DNA of 64,000 bases from Phoronis australis (taxonomy: Eukaryota; Animalia; Phoronida): the NCBI GenBank assembly GCA_002633005.1, contig NMRA01000406.1:190862-254861 (forward strand). Reading direction: 5' to 3'. The translations under genes and the position numbers were made by a program. The first letter of the stretch is position 1, and each line of letters opens with the position of its first letter. This document shows positions 13,696-28,400 of the stretch, piece after piece. The notes beneath the pieces were generated by a model. The model had not been told where the DNA came from. It did not search any database and saw nothing but the letters and a program-made list of their open reading frames with translations.

Positions 13696-16344
13696 CAATT
13701 TCAAAACCCATAGCCATTCCCTACGCTGATATCATGAATTCACTTTTGATTGGTTGGTTTTAATTGACTAAGAACCATCAGGACAGAAATAGTAATGCGA
13801 TCTCTAATTGAATCTATAATCATATCTAACCGAAACATATTTCCAAGGTCAGGAAAATCTATCAAGTGCCCCACTCAACATGCAAGGATAAGATCACCAT
13901 CATGCTTCACTGTGTTAAGGGCAGCAGTCAGGGTTTGATTGCAGAGGCTTCATCATACATTTGTAAAGAAAGACAAGGCCCTTTTATACTAACTTAACTC
14001 CGGTATAAGCAGAGTGTCGATGTAAACAGTGAAACTAATTGAATCGTTTATACCAGCTTTGATAGTTAATGGCATCGAAGTAAATGGTAGGTGATGCTGT
14101 CGTCATCGAAGTAATTGCAAGGTAGCGCTGATGCATCCCGTGCACACTTTAGTTTCTTTTAATGTGACATTTTGAGAACATTTAAGTGTGTTAATTGATG
14201 TTAAACATGTTTCTAACTCGATTGGTGAATATTCGAGAAAAATATAAGCAACTATTACAGATGACATTGCTCCTTAATTGTTGATGATAGCAGCGGCCTC
14301 TGGCAATAACTGTGACTGAAGATGACAGTTCATACCATTTACAGCGAAGTTAACTGGCACTGTTAACTTCGATCCAAGACCGAAGTTAACCGCAACTCCC
14401 CAAAACATCAATGTGTCCACATTAGTATGAAAGGGCCTACAAGCAGCAACAACCTGTTCACTTGTCTAACATAGAGTTATGTATTATTACATAACATTAC
14501 ACAACCAATCTGATCTGTGAAATAGTGTCCCAACAGGTGTCCTACATGCAGTTGAATAAGTTTTTACACTAAAATGAGTCAGTTACTTTCTGACACAAAT
14601 AAAAAGCCCAAATGCAAATTTGTGAAACTTGTTGAAACGAACAATACGAATCGAAACAAATTTTCCATGGAATGAAAGTAAGTCTCCTTGTAGTTAGGTT
14701 CTTAAGATTATTTCAAATCATATTATTTTACTGAACATGCACACTACGCTTTCCCTCAATCTGAAAGCACACACAGCAAGTGTCAACGACTGCAGAGATC
14801 GATTGCAGCTCAGTTTTGCGAAATATCTTTCAATTCAACTATGGAATGATTTGAAAAAGCTTTTCAGTTGACAATGTCCCTTTATTCACCAGTGCATATT
14901 TTGTCATGACAATAACAAGAGCCGAGTTCTGTAAATGTCAAATTGTATTTGCGGCAAAACTCCCCACTTATGGAACGGAAATAGTGAATTCAATCCCACA
15001 ATCCCACAATTCCATCTTGCCATTTCGCTAAGCTATAAAGCTCCCTGACAAACTTGCGAAACACTCCTTTTTCACTCGTGTCATTTTGCGAGGTTTCACA
15101 AGACTTTGTCCACTGGTGACAAACCTACCATAATACGCTGATTTCATGCCATCACTTTATTTCCTTCTCTAGCAATCTCTGGTGAAATGAATAATTGGGA
15201 TTTAGACATGCATTGTGGACCTGCTCACACCCTCATCCTTTACTGCTTCCAAGCCATGGTAGGACTGAGCTGGTTACTAGGTAGGACTGAGCTGGTAAAT
15301 GTTTTTCATGGCTGACTGAACACAAGCACTAACATGCCTGGGACAAACAAACTGACTGAGACAGATGACACACCAGACAAACATTCCAAAAACGGGTAAA
15401 ATATGAGACTTTACATTCCAAAAACTATGAGAATTATGGACTCACCAACCTGATCGAGGATCAAAGACAAATGCGTTATTGTCCTTTATTGGGCATTCAC
15501 AGAAAACTGTGTCCAGCGGCAGATGAGAAACAGAACACCGCAGTCAACTTTTTGGCCAATCAGTAGAGAGAAACAAGCACGAGCATGGAGCGTTGATGAA
15601 CAAGGGTGGTTCTGTATAGATGCAAGACATAAGCCTCCAGTGAAAGGCAGGTGTTTCAAACCTAAGGTAATGCACCCCAGACCTTTCCAGTGTACCCTAG
15701 GAAAATGTTTGCCACTGAAATGACTAAGGGTGGTGAGGTTGCAGTGTTAGAATATGGGACCAAATTAACCGTTTCCGTTTCATAAACGATGATTTCCCGT
15801 ATACAAAAAGTAATTCAGGAGACAGCTGATAGAATCAAAATTTCATCTTTTAAGGGATAATTATCAACTTTCATGAAGCCCTTTCTCACTTCATCAAATA
15901 AATTTTCAACCCCTTAAAAGTAGATCTTATTGTCAGGGAAATCCAATTTTGTCTAAGCTTTTTATGCAACCTCAAACAACTGAGATATCAGCTATCAAAA
16001 TACTCCTTTAAAAACATCCCAAGTCGACATTTTTTCGTTGTTTGAAGGGAAGCCAACATCCAAGACACAGTTCCCTGGGCCATAGACAATAGATTAGGTA
16101 TGTAAAATTTTACCGAAATAGATCCAATGCACCAAAGAGAAATTGATGTTCAAACTGGTAAAAGAGCCGAAAATCAAAAGGTGTAAAAATGGTTGATAAA
16201 GATTTACGGCATTACTGAAATCATTTGAAGGTCGTCCCTAACATCGTGATCTCATAGACACTAGGCACATAAATAATCCATTCAAAGCGAATTGTTATGA
16301 GTAGCAATAAAAATGTAGGTACTTGTATACACAAACACACATAA

Positions 16345-16407
<63 letters not shown>

Positions 16408-19400
16408 TATGCACACAAGCATTTCAGAATCAGCTCATTCCAATTTTGCTAAACCCATAACATGCAAATAGCATCACAGTTTACAGTTATTTATAAGTTC
16501 ATTGATTTTCTTGGGATTCTGCCTAGTTGACTTTTTGTGTCAATGAATAAATGGTAAAGTTCTAAACACCGAACAATGTTAACAACACAAAGTGACGGTA
16601 ATAAATACTAAGCTAACTATAGGCCATGCTGATTTCCTGCTTGAGGTTGAATTATCAAGAGGAAATTGAACAAAAACTAGCAAATGGTGAAAAACTAATC
16701 TATAAATTTCCAGGGTCTGTTGCTACTGGGTGATTCCAGGCAGCCTTGATGTGACAAGGACCGTGTATTGATCTGAAAAAATGTGTGAAGATAGATTGAA
16801 GGGATCACTGTCAGGTCAGATTTAATGAAAGTTATCTGGTATTAGATTGGGTCATAAATAATGAAAAGTATCAAAAATGTTTTTAATCCCCCTTCTGATG
16901 GAATACAATCTGCTTGCTATAAGACACTTGAGTGAGGTTACATTAACATATTTAAACAGGTTGTGTGGCAGACATTATCTGATTACATATTTTCATTTGA
17001 ACATACAGTTTTTACAGAGGCATAATTGCTTTCAATATCATTAAGAGAAAGCATGTTACCACATCACATGAGAAGGAAACTCAATGCAAAATGTCATGAA
17101 AAAAAAGTAACTAGTAAGATTTCAACATTTTGTAAAGCTGCTTCTCGGGATCAAAACAACGACAATAAAAATGGAAGTCACGCCCTCTCAGAACGAGGAC
17201 AATATGAATAAAAGGCATGCACTCTCAAAATGCTGAAAGAACCATTTTGCCACCAGACTCATTCCTGGTCACATGGTCAGTTGAAATCCTTTACCTACGT
17301 AGTAACAAAATAGCTGAGTATGGAACGACAAAATATTTGTAGTAACAAAATACCTGCACAGTGGCGAAATACCTTTCCAGTAAAAAAGGATGGACATGCA
17401 AAAGATGAAATCATTTAGGAACTCTCTTGTAAAACAAGCATTTCCCAATACTATTTTACCCTTCAGAAATAGAATTAAAAGTCAACAAACATTTCAGGTC
17501 ATATTATATTTTGTTGACTAACAACACATGCAATATACCTAAGGCTGAATGTGCAAGCAAGAATGCTCCATGTAAAAGTAAGAGAAGACGGACATTTTAC
17601 TGAAATGATGAGTAAAAAAAGTAACTGATATTTCTAATATTTCTCCAATATTTGACGACAGAAAAGAATCATTGCAGCGTTTGTTCAAGTTAATGTTCTG
17701 GTTTCACTTCCAAGTCATGCAAATTTCATTCATAAATGTTCTTGTTCAGATTTGCCCATTGGCTAGTTTCCAGTAACTTCCCTGTCCATACTTGGACAAC
17801 CATAGTAATTATAGTAAACAATGCAGGAAGGTGGAATTGCCACAACTATTCCTGGGTCAGGGACTGTGGTCACACAGCATTCTGGGATATACCAAACAAG
17901 GGGGAATTCTGTGGCTGATTCATGCATTCTCCAGTCTGCTGATGTCATAGTACTGTCACTGATCTTACGGATGAATGGGCAGCAAGTTATGCCAGGAACT
18001 CAACAGTCTACTTGGTTTGCATTTCCTACATTTTAATTAGTTTAATTCATGTCACATTTAGATGACGTTCATCTAGCAAAGACTGAAATTATACACCGCA
18101 TGTTATATTACTTATACTAATAAAACCACCAAACACAAAATTGTCAATTTTTCTGGCTCACAAATTGTCCATAATGTAAACTATATTTCTCAAGAAAATG
18201 TACATAAACTTAAATTCCTTAAATTCTGGTGACCAAAGGTCATTCACAGTAATTCATTCCATAGTCAGTGACAATAGATATGTTTAAGGTCTGACCATGT
18301 ATAGGAAAGCGGCACTTGTTTCTTATGACAACCACTTCTTCCAATAACGTTTTCTCAAATACAGAATACACCATAAAGCCCCAAGGCCAAAAAAATAGTT
18401 GACAGGAACAACAAGATGCTAAGGTGATGCATATCATCTTGTAAAGTGACAGCCTTTTAAGAGTTTTCGTATTTTACCGTATGTTATGGTATGCTACATT
18501 GGTTATAAACAAAATGTTTTTGCGAATGGAATTTTGGTTATAAATGCCAACTTAATCTCAGCAGGGTGAGACTTTTTACTTTAATAAAATCAATTAAGAG
18601 ACAAAGATGCCAGCTTAGTAAGTAGCACTGTAAGGTGATTGCACCTATTGGTAATAGTGCAACTTTTCATGGTCATAGTGCACTTCTAATGGTTGCTAGT
18701 ACTACTTATGTATATGGACATGGTTCAGTCATACTGACATCTCTAATAGAATGCACCATAAGTCAAATTTCATGAAACTGGCATGGAATGTCTCGACAAT
18801 GAAAACAAAATTAAAATTGCAAGTTGCTTGGGTATGTTGCAAGGAATTCTCGCCACAGAGCATAAATAACTGATGAGCACATGAAGTGGATCAGTGTGTC
18901 AATCACAAGTCACCTTGACACACACACACATATCCACATATGGTCAAGAATCCATCTTGTAGACAATCTGTTACCATGCAGACATATGCTTCTCATTGGC
19001 ATAGCTGACAAATTTACCTTATGTTTAGTAGACCTATTAGTTTTTTGTCAACTATTTATTGTGGTTAATGAGTCACGTAATAAGGGAGACTTGCAACCAA
19101 ACATTGTGATGACGTCAGTGTGTCCACTGTATTGTCATTTTACCGACACAAGCAGTGTTAATGCTCATCCATGTACCGTTTGAATCTGAGCAATGTAAAC
19201 AGTGAATTTCTTGTGGTTCATGAATCAGGACATGACGACATCAACTCTTACTAGCACAGCACTTTCAAGGTAGAAAATAGTAAGGTAGACATTCTTGTGG
19301 TAATTACTCAGTCAAATTTGACTCCTTTCGGTAACCATAGCGATAGCTGTCACATACAATTAGGACCTGAAGATGTAGCATCAGAGTATTCAGTTCTTGA

Positions 19401-22400
19401 CAGTCAAGCTGGCCAGTTGGAGTGATACTAACTAACATTGGAGCCAGGCCGATAAAGGTGAGAGATGTGGACTAGGCTAGGATACAGTGTGGATCCATGG
19501 AACTAGATTAGTACGGAGTCATGTGGACCATTGCAACAGGGTTAGGACACAGTGTGGATAGGTTAGGATGCAATGTGGATCCATGAAAATAGGTTAGGAT
19601 ATTATGTAGATCAAAAAAATAGGCAACGATGCAGTGTGCATATGAAGACTAGGCTAGGGTGCAGTATGGATGCATGGAATTAGATTAGCCGGGATTCAGT
19701 GTGGATATATGGAAGTAGGTTTCGATACAAAATGCTGTCCAGATGCAAATTCATACATTTATAGTTTTATTGGTTTCCACTTTATTACTTAATAGGGATT
19801 TGAGCACATAACATTATAAGTATGCCCGTTCAGAATGACATTAACATATACGGGTAGATTATTAAATATGAGGTAACCAAAGGCAATATCTTGGTTCCGC
19901 ATTCATTTCCATTCAGTAAAAACAATGTGCTCATTTCGGAGCATTATACTTTAGAAATGACAGACATGATTTAAACAAAACGTTCAGATAACATGCTTTA
20001 CATATTCTCTGTAAAACACTTAGAAAATAATTTCAAAACGTTCTACTTTTGCATGTCTGAAAGGATACCGAAACTAGGTCTTACATAAAACAAAAGAAAC
20101 AAAGAATTAAAAGACTTTAACAGTGCTTTTGAGATTTTATCTACATCAAAATAAATTGATACTGTTTTACTAACAATGACCCTTACATTTTGCTTAATTT
20201 TACTTAAGCACATCTTTATGTGAACCAAGTAATGGCAAATTGATATAAGGTTAAAATTCAAATTCTACATGCTTTCTACTTTCAGGAAATATGTATTTTA
20301 TTAAAAATTGTATAATTTTTTTAAACACTTGGCTTCGTGCACAGAATTGCCTTATAAGGCCCCACATAAGCCACTGTCATTGGCCGTTCTGGATATGCCT
20401 ACGGTAGTGTGTGTATGACAGTTAACAATCATAATATTTTCCTCTGGTCAAATTATGGTTGCAAAAGTGCCTTCTAATGTCATCCACTCCAGAACAGTGA
20501 AGTGTTTCTTGCATATCTCTGAGAATGTTTATTGAATTATTTATACAAACTTTAAATTACAACATCTGTTATCTGAACACACACAGCATCTATGAGCCTT
20601 AAATAAACAGTGTCAAAGAAGATAATCAGTTGTGTGTTGACACTGGCATTGAAATGAAGGAGATAAGCAAGTATATTAGCCAAACCATTAACTCACTGTT
20701 ATGACAAATTAATACACCCAGACACCTTCAACAACTGCTCATCTCAATGGCAGTCAAATAACTTGTTGCTTTGAATATATTTACCACTAGTTTGTGACAA
20801 ACTCCAATATTTGTCTCAAACGCAGCAACAATTACATTAATTCTGTTCTAGCCATAATGATGACTATGGAGCTGACAGTTTCTTACACTGAGTATTTGAA
20901 AGTGCTAGAGTTATGAATACAGGAAAGAATGTTCAAACGAGAATCGGGTGGACTTTGTAAACTTTACCAGTTCTCTCATATAATAGCAATAAAGATTTGA
21001 GGAAACGGCTTTATCACACATGGACCTCATGTTGAGAACTGTTCTTGACACAGAACGTGTTATCCGTGTCAGCCACTTTTACAAGCAGAAGCTTCGTTTG
21101 CACGATTTGACGCGAAGCCTTGATTGCACGATTTAAAACATCATAAATAAAGAGAGGCGGACATGGCATGTTCTGTTCCTTTGCAGTCTCTAACAGCCAA
21201 TATGTTAAATCAATTAATAACCGACTAATTACATGAGGCGTACACTACATAAAAACCATTCATTGAGGGCAGCGATGGCCCTTCGTGCTTGATATTGGTG
21301 GACTATTAACATGGCACTGTCATTCAGCACACAACTCTTGGACAGCATCTGACGTGGGCGTTTAAATGACTAGGAATGGTAACCCTGACTGTTTTCATGT
21401 GAGTGTACTGTACGATAATGCCAGTCTTTTACTTGCAATAATTATGTCAGTCTTCCTTATTTCTAATAAGAATTATGTCAGTCTTTCTTATTTCTTGTAA
21501 TAATTTACCAGTCTTTCTTACTTCTAAAACTAAACACCATTTCTATTTGCTGAATGCTTGTGTTATACATAATCTATTGCTAGTCTAACAATTGAGAGGA
21601 CTTTTTAGTACTTTCTAGTTAAAGATGTAAGAAGATAACCAGGGACTTGTTTCATGAATAATGACTTAAAGCATGGTCTTCTGCTCTCACCTCACAATTA
21701 TTGAATAAAGGTTTAGCCAAGTAATTATGAGCCATCACAGTCTAGAAATCATTTATAGAAATTATATCACTAACAGTTATGTGTGTATTCTAAGACACTT
21801 TGCCCTTTTGCTCAAGTGAAACAGACCCAGGCTAAATAGTAGAAATGAAAGATAGAACCATCCCCAAGTGAAAGTAAAGTTTGTTTATCAGTGCAATTGA
21901 GAAAACTATGGTTATATAATATTGTACATGTAGTAAATCACAAAAAGTAAACTGAGCTTAAACAAAATCTGACCTAACATTGTCCTGGGATAACCTAACC
22001 AACTTGGCAAAAGTGAAAATGACCGAGGCTGGTGAAAATAAACCTAATTTGTGGCAAGTTTGCCTCACTTAAAAGTTATTTATGCTGTACGCTTTGAAAT
22101 TTAATGGTGATGCAAAAATTACTCACGAACAGAAAATGCACTTTAGGAAAACTAATCTTTGTCAAAATCTATAGGCTACCCTCGGTAACACATCAAGTTA
22201 TATGATTGCAGAAACTGATTTGGTTACAGTTCAGATTTCGATCAAGATATTCCTCACTGATTAGTGCATCTTTTGTAGAGGAATTTCATCAAGCAGGTCG
22301 ATTATTAATTAATCAAACATATATTGGTACACAGCAATGACTGATTGCCCGCACCAACTCAAACACCAGTGAGACAGTTATGTCAACTATTGATCTGTTG

Positions 22401-25400
22401 GTGTCATGCAGTGCACATAACCAGGTGAACATGACAGACGGGTTCACCTCAGTTTTCAAACATCAAACATTGTAGCCTGTGGTGGTAATAGAAATCTGAT
22501 ATTTTAGTGGTTGGTTCAGATATGCATCATTAGCTCACCACCCTATCAAACAAATGAGTTTACATGAAATACATTTTGAAGTGCCTGCAGAAACATTGTC
22601 CTTCCAGTCCCATTCCACTCTTATAGGTGGTGTTTTCATACAGGTGTAAATAGCTTTTAACAGACTTCATAACTAGGTGAACATCAATAAAGGTTCAAAA
22701 CTGTTCAATCCGGTCACTCTCAACCATTCACCACCACCCACAAAAGGTTACAGCCAGCCTTTCAACTACAGCTCACAATAGCAATACGATCCTGCAACTG
22801 ATTGCAGATATGTATTGAATTAAAAAATTAGGTTATTATACATTCATTCCTCAATAGCATTGTTCACTCAGTTCCACCTGGTGATTACAAACCGTCACGA
22901 ACAGCATGATATTATGCTATGTACGGTAAACATTCTCCAGCTTGAGTAGTGAAAAATTAATTATTTTGTTCAAGGTCAGATATTTAATCAAATTTTAGAA
23001 AATAATAGGCATTAATGATCATCCCAAATTCAACAAAGAATATTTCATCTTGATGTTGCACATAATAATGCTGCATCCATGGTTACGTTTTATGATTTTA
23101 CCAGACAGTCGATACAAACGCACTGTATGATCTTTGAGAAATACAATGAGGCATCAAAATTGTCTAAGTTCCAATCCTAAGAATCAAGAAAATTCCATTT
23201 CAGCTTGAATTTCAGCGTCTAAAAAATGTAGACTGTCTCAAGCTGACGAATTTTTACTGTACCTGGCATTATGTCAAAGAAACAAACTTTAACTTCAGAC
23301 CACTTATCACTATAAATCACTTAACACTGTAAAACAGGTGTTTACTTGTTCCTACTGTAGGGAGATGGATTCTGGACTCATAAATAACCAACAATTTGTT
23401 ATTGCTCAGGACCAGGCAGGGTACATAAATGACTTACCCTAATAACTCACTGAGCCTGGTCTCAAGCAATAAACCAACTGTCTGTTCTTTCTAGTTTCAA
23501 ATTACCTCTTATTTGAGCAAGTAACAAGTTAGGACCAACAATACTATTAACAGTCCAAATAAAGGATTCCTTCAAAGTTTCACAGAAATGGACAATATCA
23601 TGATGAGGAAGATGTCAGTGGGACACTAGCGACAATGGAAGCAACAATTGACATCAATGATTATAAACACTGATTCATAGCCATAGAAAGTAAATAAGTG
23701 AAATTTCAGGCATGGAAGGATTAAAAATCATATTCTCGACATCACTAAATACTTTTGTAAGACACTTGATCCTAAGGCATTGGTTATCGACAACAGAATC
23801 ATTTTCACCAGTTTATTTGTAAGACAAAGGGCCCAACAAGCTACTTCCAGTGAAGGACCACGTGCATTTAAAGGTTCAGGGACACCATCATTTGTTTATG
23901 AGCATCCTTTGAGCAGACCAACAAGTGTACACCTGAAGATGTATTACCCTGCAGTCCCTGTACCCTGTCACCAACACAATAGGACAAGTGTATACACTTC
24001 AGAGCACTTCAATACACATAATTCAGGTTTGCTGACAAAACTCAGCTTTGAGGTCATACAGCCATTTGATCAGCAATGCATGGCAACAATTGGTATAAAG
24101 TTTATATAGGTTAATTCACCTGCCATATAAGTAAGGTGTGATAAAGAAGCCTTCAGGTAAGGTTCTATTCAAGGTGGCCTCTCCAGAAGATATTTGTATA
24201 GGTAATAACATCTTGCAAAGGACAACGAAAACCACTGATCAATCTGATAAAACCATGTTGAGATGGATTTCAATATTTTGTAAAAATGCAGGTAACTTAA
24301 GTTTCTGAAGAGAGCTGGGTCAAATGATTTAGAGTATGCTGGTATTTTTGTGTATTGTTCAAGTTCACAAATCTACACCTGTCAGGTGACATTATGCTGG
24401 CAGTTTGTGATGCAAGAGTTCCACTCCAATTAATAATGAGGTTAATTACATCAAAGCCTCTTCTCAACAATACAGGTTAAAGTCATCACCTGTATACACA
24501 TCCTGCCCACATGACCTTAAAACTAGGTCGCAACTTGATGGCTTACTGAAAATCATGCTACTTTATAAGATATACAAAGGAGTGCATATTTGATTCACAC
24601 ACATTCTTATGATTGTGTAATTAAAAATGAAAAGTTGTAATAACATTCATCTAAAGCAAACACCAATGGCATATTACCGTAAGCATTCGGTTAAGATAAC
24701 TCATTCACCAAAATAACTTGGCATGTAGAGTAAGGGTGAAAGTCTGCACTGCTTCAGAGATAGGTATTTTCACCTGTATTCCACCTACTTAGGTGATCAG
24801 GTGATACAGTAACCTGCAGACTGTCTCTGGGCTAGAAGATAAAGGGAATCTAGATAGATGGCTAGGACTCGCAGTGGCAATGGATAAACTTCACCTTTAG
24901 GGGCATCAAGCGCGCACGGGAGGAGGGCGTGTTGCAATTTTTATGTAAACGATAATCACCTGAATTTTCAGATAGGATTGATGGTAAATTTTTATTGATT
25001 GAACAAGAGAAAGTTGAAAAAATTAGACAGGTTTGAGGAATTGGAAATAAGATGGAAAGAGAATGTACTACTTAAGCAAAATATCTAACGACTTGCAATA
25101 GTGTTAGTCAGTAGTGGTACCAAATGTAACATTTATTCATGCAGTTTACCATTGGTGTTGGTACCGGTAATATACAACAGTCAAAGGTAATGCAGTGAGT
25201 TACACATACAACATTTTCAGGCTATCTTCTTCTTAATTCAATGCCTTAGCAAGTGTAAAAGAAATAAACGATGCAATACAAGAGCTGTTATTATAATAGA
25301 ATAGTGACTTTGATCAATAAATCACCTAGAAAACTGTGCATAAAATTCAGCACAGCTACTGTGTAATTGTGTAATTAAGAAGGTGTGGAGACTACCAGAA

Positions 25401-28400
25401 TTAGGTCACAGCTTTTATTTAATAGGCAATTGGAAGAAATTCAGACAGCAGTGGCAATTAATTGCATATGGTTAAGTTAATTAGACACACTGATTTTGTA
25501 CTTCAAAGCTATAAAGTAACTTCAACCCCAGTAAATTAGCTTAATTAATTTCACAAGCCACCTGCCAATCATATCTCTGTGTCCGGTCTCTAATCCTTCC
25601 TGCCCTCACTCAGCCCCCATCCCCCCATCCCCCCATCTCTCAATCATCTCGCGCTGTCTTTAACCTTTCCCCCTCAATATTCTCCCAACCTTCCTAACGT
25701 TCTTCTACTGGCTTTTTTGCATCAGTGTAAAATATACAGACACGGTTTACAAAATATTTAGATGGTCCAAACATCCCTCACTTCCACATACACGCAATCC
25801 TGGATCACCAGTTCAGCAAAGAATCAAAAAGCTATTACAAAGTAACTGAAAAAGCAGATCATCTTATAACAAATCATGGAAGCCGCCAATTTCTCTTGAA
25901 AATAAATTTTCTATGAAATTGTTAAAATATATCAACTGACGACACGTGTTTCTCAATACAGTAATTCCTAAATTTGACATTTTCTCATTTTTCAAAGTCT
26001 GCCTTACTTTACAGAAAATAATGGGATTTACCAAAAGTTGTTTTATCATATCTCCACAGTAGAAAGCATACTAGTAACAGACTAAAATATCCCCGATATT
26101 TATTTTTGTGGGGAAATTTGACAAAATAGAGTTTCAATTACGTTGTGTGCTAAATAAGTGAATTAAATACTTATAAATAGAATATTTTCCTAACACTAAA
26201 ATAAAATTTATCACCGTTTCCCTGCTTGTCCAAATATTATAGTCTTTTCATCCAGCACTATGTCATCAATAGGGAAAAATAAACTCAATAAAGCCTGCCA
26301 AACATTTTAGCAATTTGCCAGTTAACAAAGAGGTGCATCATGGTCTACAAATATTATTCATAAAATACACAAGTAGAGAACGGAGCGACACCAATTTTGA
26401 GTAAAAAGAAATTCGCCCCAATAATTCTGAGACAGAGGGAACTGGGACCATTTAAGTTTCACATCACCATAGAAGGTTATGCAATTCCTGTAAAATTGTT
26501 CCACCAATCGTCATTTTCAATATCTAAGTCTATGGACAATGTATGCCCTGATTTTGGACAACTGCTTGGCTTTTAGCTACTCTAGGCAGGAAATAGTTTT
26601 TACTTGCTTTTCATTATAAAGTGTAGAACTTTCAAGTAATCTTAAGTGATACTATGGTACATTGCCTTGATAACAGAATGGTTAGTGGACCACAATTCAA
26701 TTCCTTTAGAATGCTACAATAAGAAATATGCAGAATAGGCATTTTATAAATATTTTAGGATTGTAATGATTTCTATGGGTGAGCTGCTTCACTGAACACT
26801 TAGTTGACAGTACATACAGAGGCATTGTTCATGTATGACTCACATCTCTCAAGGCAATCTAGAGCTTCAGCCAGTAATCACAGGGTTTTGCTTCAACTAG
26901 AACATTAACTGCCCAGACACAAAATAATGCTTTTTTTCTCCAACTGTTATCTAGGCTGACATCACATTAAATATTCAATGCAGCAACCAAGTCAAATATC
27001 TTGTCAGAATAAATGACTAGTTGTTGTTGATAGAGCATGTTTCAAGCACTGTTCAAGTACTTATAATGTAACCTAACTCACCAGTCTACAAGTATAAGTA
27101 TATGTACCGTGACAAAACATTAATTTCTGTGTAGTGAAATTGTCATGATTACATTCGCAATTACTGCTTATCGTGACTCAAGTTTCAGAGAAAAAAATTT
27201 GAATGGAAATATGAAACAGCACTTAACGGTATGTATTATAATGCAGTAGTATTCGAATTGACAAATATTTTTTTTTTTGAAATTTATTTTATCATGCATC
27301 ACACATTTAAGTTCATGGCAAACATAATCATAAAATTCTGATTGCATTAAACAATTATCACAAAATTTATTTCCACCCACAAAAATAATTGAAATACTTT
27401 TATGTACTTAACTTAGCTTGACTTCACGCATATGTGCAGACAACAACTTGATGTGTGCATTGTACAGAAACCATAGTCATAAGTTTTAAACATGAAGTGG
27501 CTTACACAACTTAAAAGTTTGAAAACAGTGTTAGTAGTGCAGTGGCAGAGAGTATGAGCTATTGTATATCATCCTAGGCAACAGGAAGTGCAGTCGTGTT
27601 TTTAATCAAGTTTACCATAAAAGTTGCACGTGACGAAAAACAGTTAGTTGATAATTCAAAGATCAGATTCAGATTTATTAACTGCTGGAATTCTAACAAA
27701 TAATGTAGAATTGTGTGATAATATTGAACAGTTAAAACGAACTTTATTGAAATGCGATTGATAATTACAGGGTAGCACTTCATTAAAAACCTTTATACGG
27801 GAATAAATGACATTGAACAACAGAACACAGGTTCAATCAGTAAATTTTAAAATACAATCAAAACACAACATTGTGTTATACCACAGATTATCAACTACAC
27901 AGAAGAGTCTTGTACCACAGTTAAACGAGACCATTGATTTAACCTAAAATGTGCAGTTTTTGTGACCTATGAAGATGATAGTGCAAAGTTCACCGAAACT
28001 CCGATAATCAATACATCTGGAGCTGTGAAGTCCCAGTGGAACTGTCCTCTGCAGCCATCTTGAGCCTGACATCTAATCAGATTATAAACAATGACATCAA
28101 GTCTAGTCATGAGATAAAAATCCTTTCTTTTACAATATATAAAAGGTAAACCATCTGACTTCTTAAAATGGCAAAATGCTTGAAATTATAAACGATCTGA
28201 CTTCTTAAAATGGCAAAATGCGACTTAAGCTGTTTGTATTGAATTCACAAGATTGTATCTCATTGCATCAAAAGAAAAAAGAGAGCAAAGTAATCAATAC
28301 CGTTCTGTGAATAAGAAATACACATGAGACAAGATTGGAAATTTAATGTGGGCAACTTGTCTGAATTGAGAAAAAGCTGAAGTTGACATGAAATTTTTTG

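Noticed and set aside
16221-16418. CVCVCV ORF
   Set aside because: Translation of the (CA)n microsatellite.
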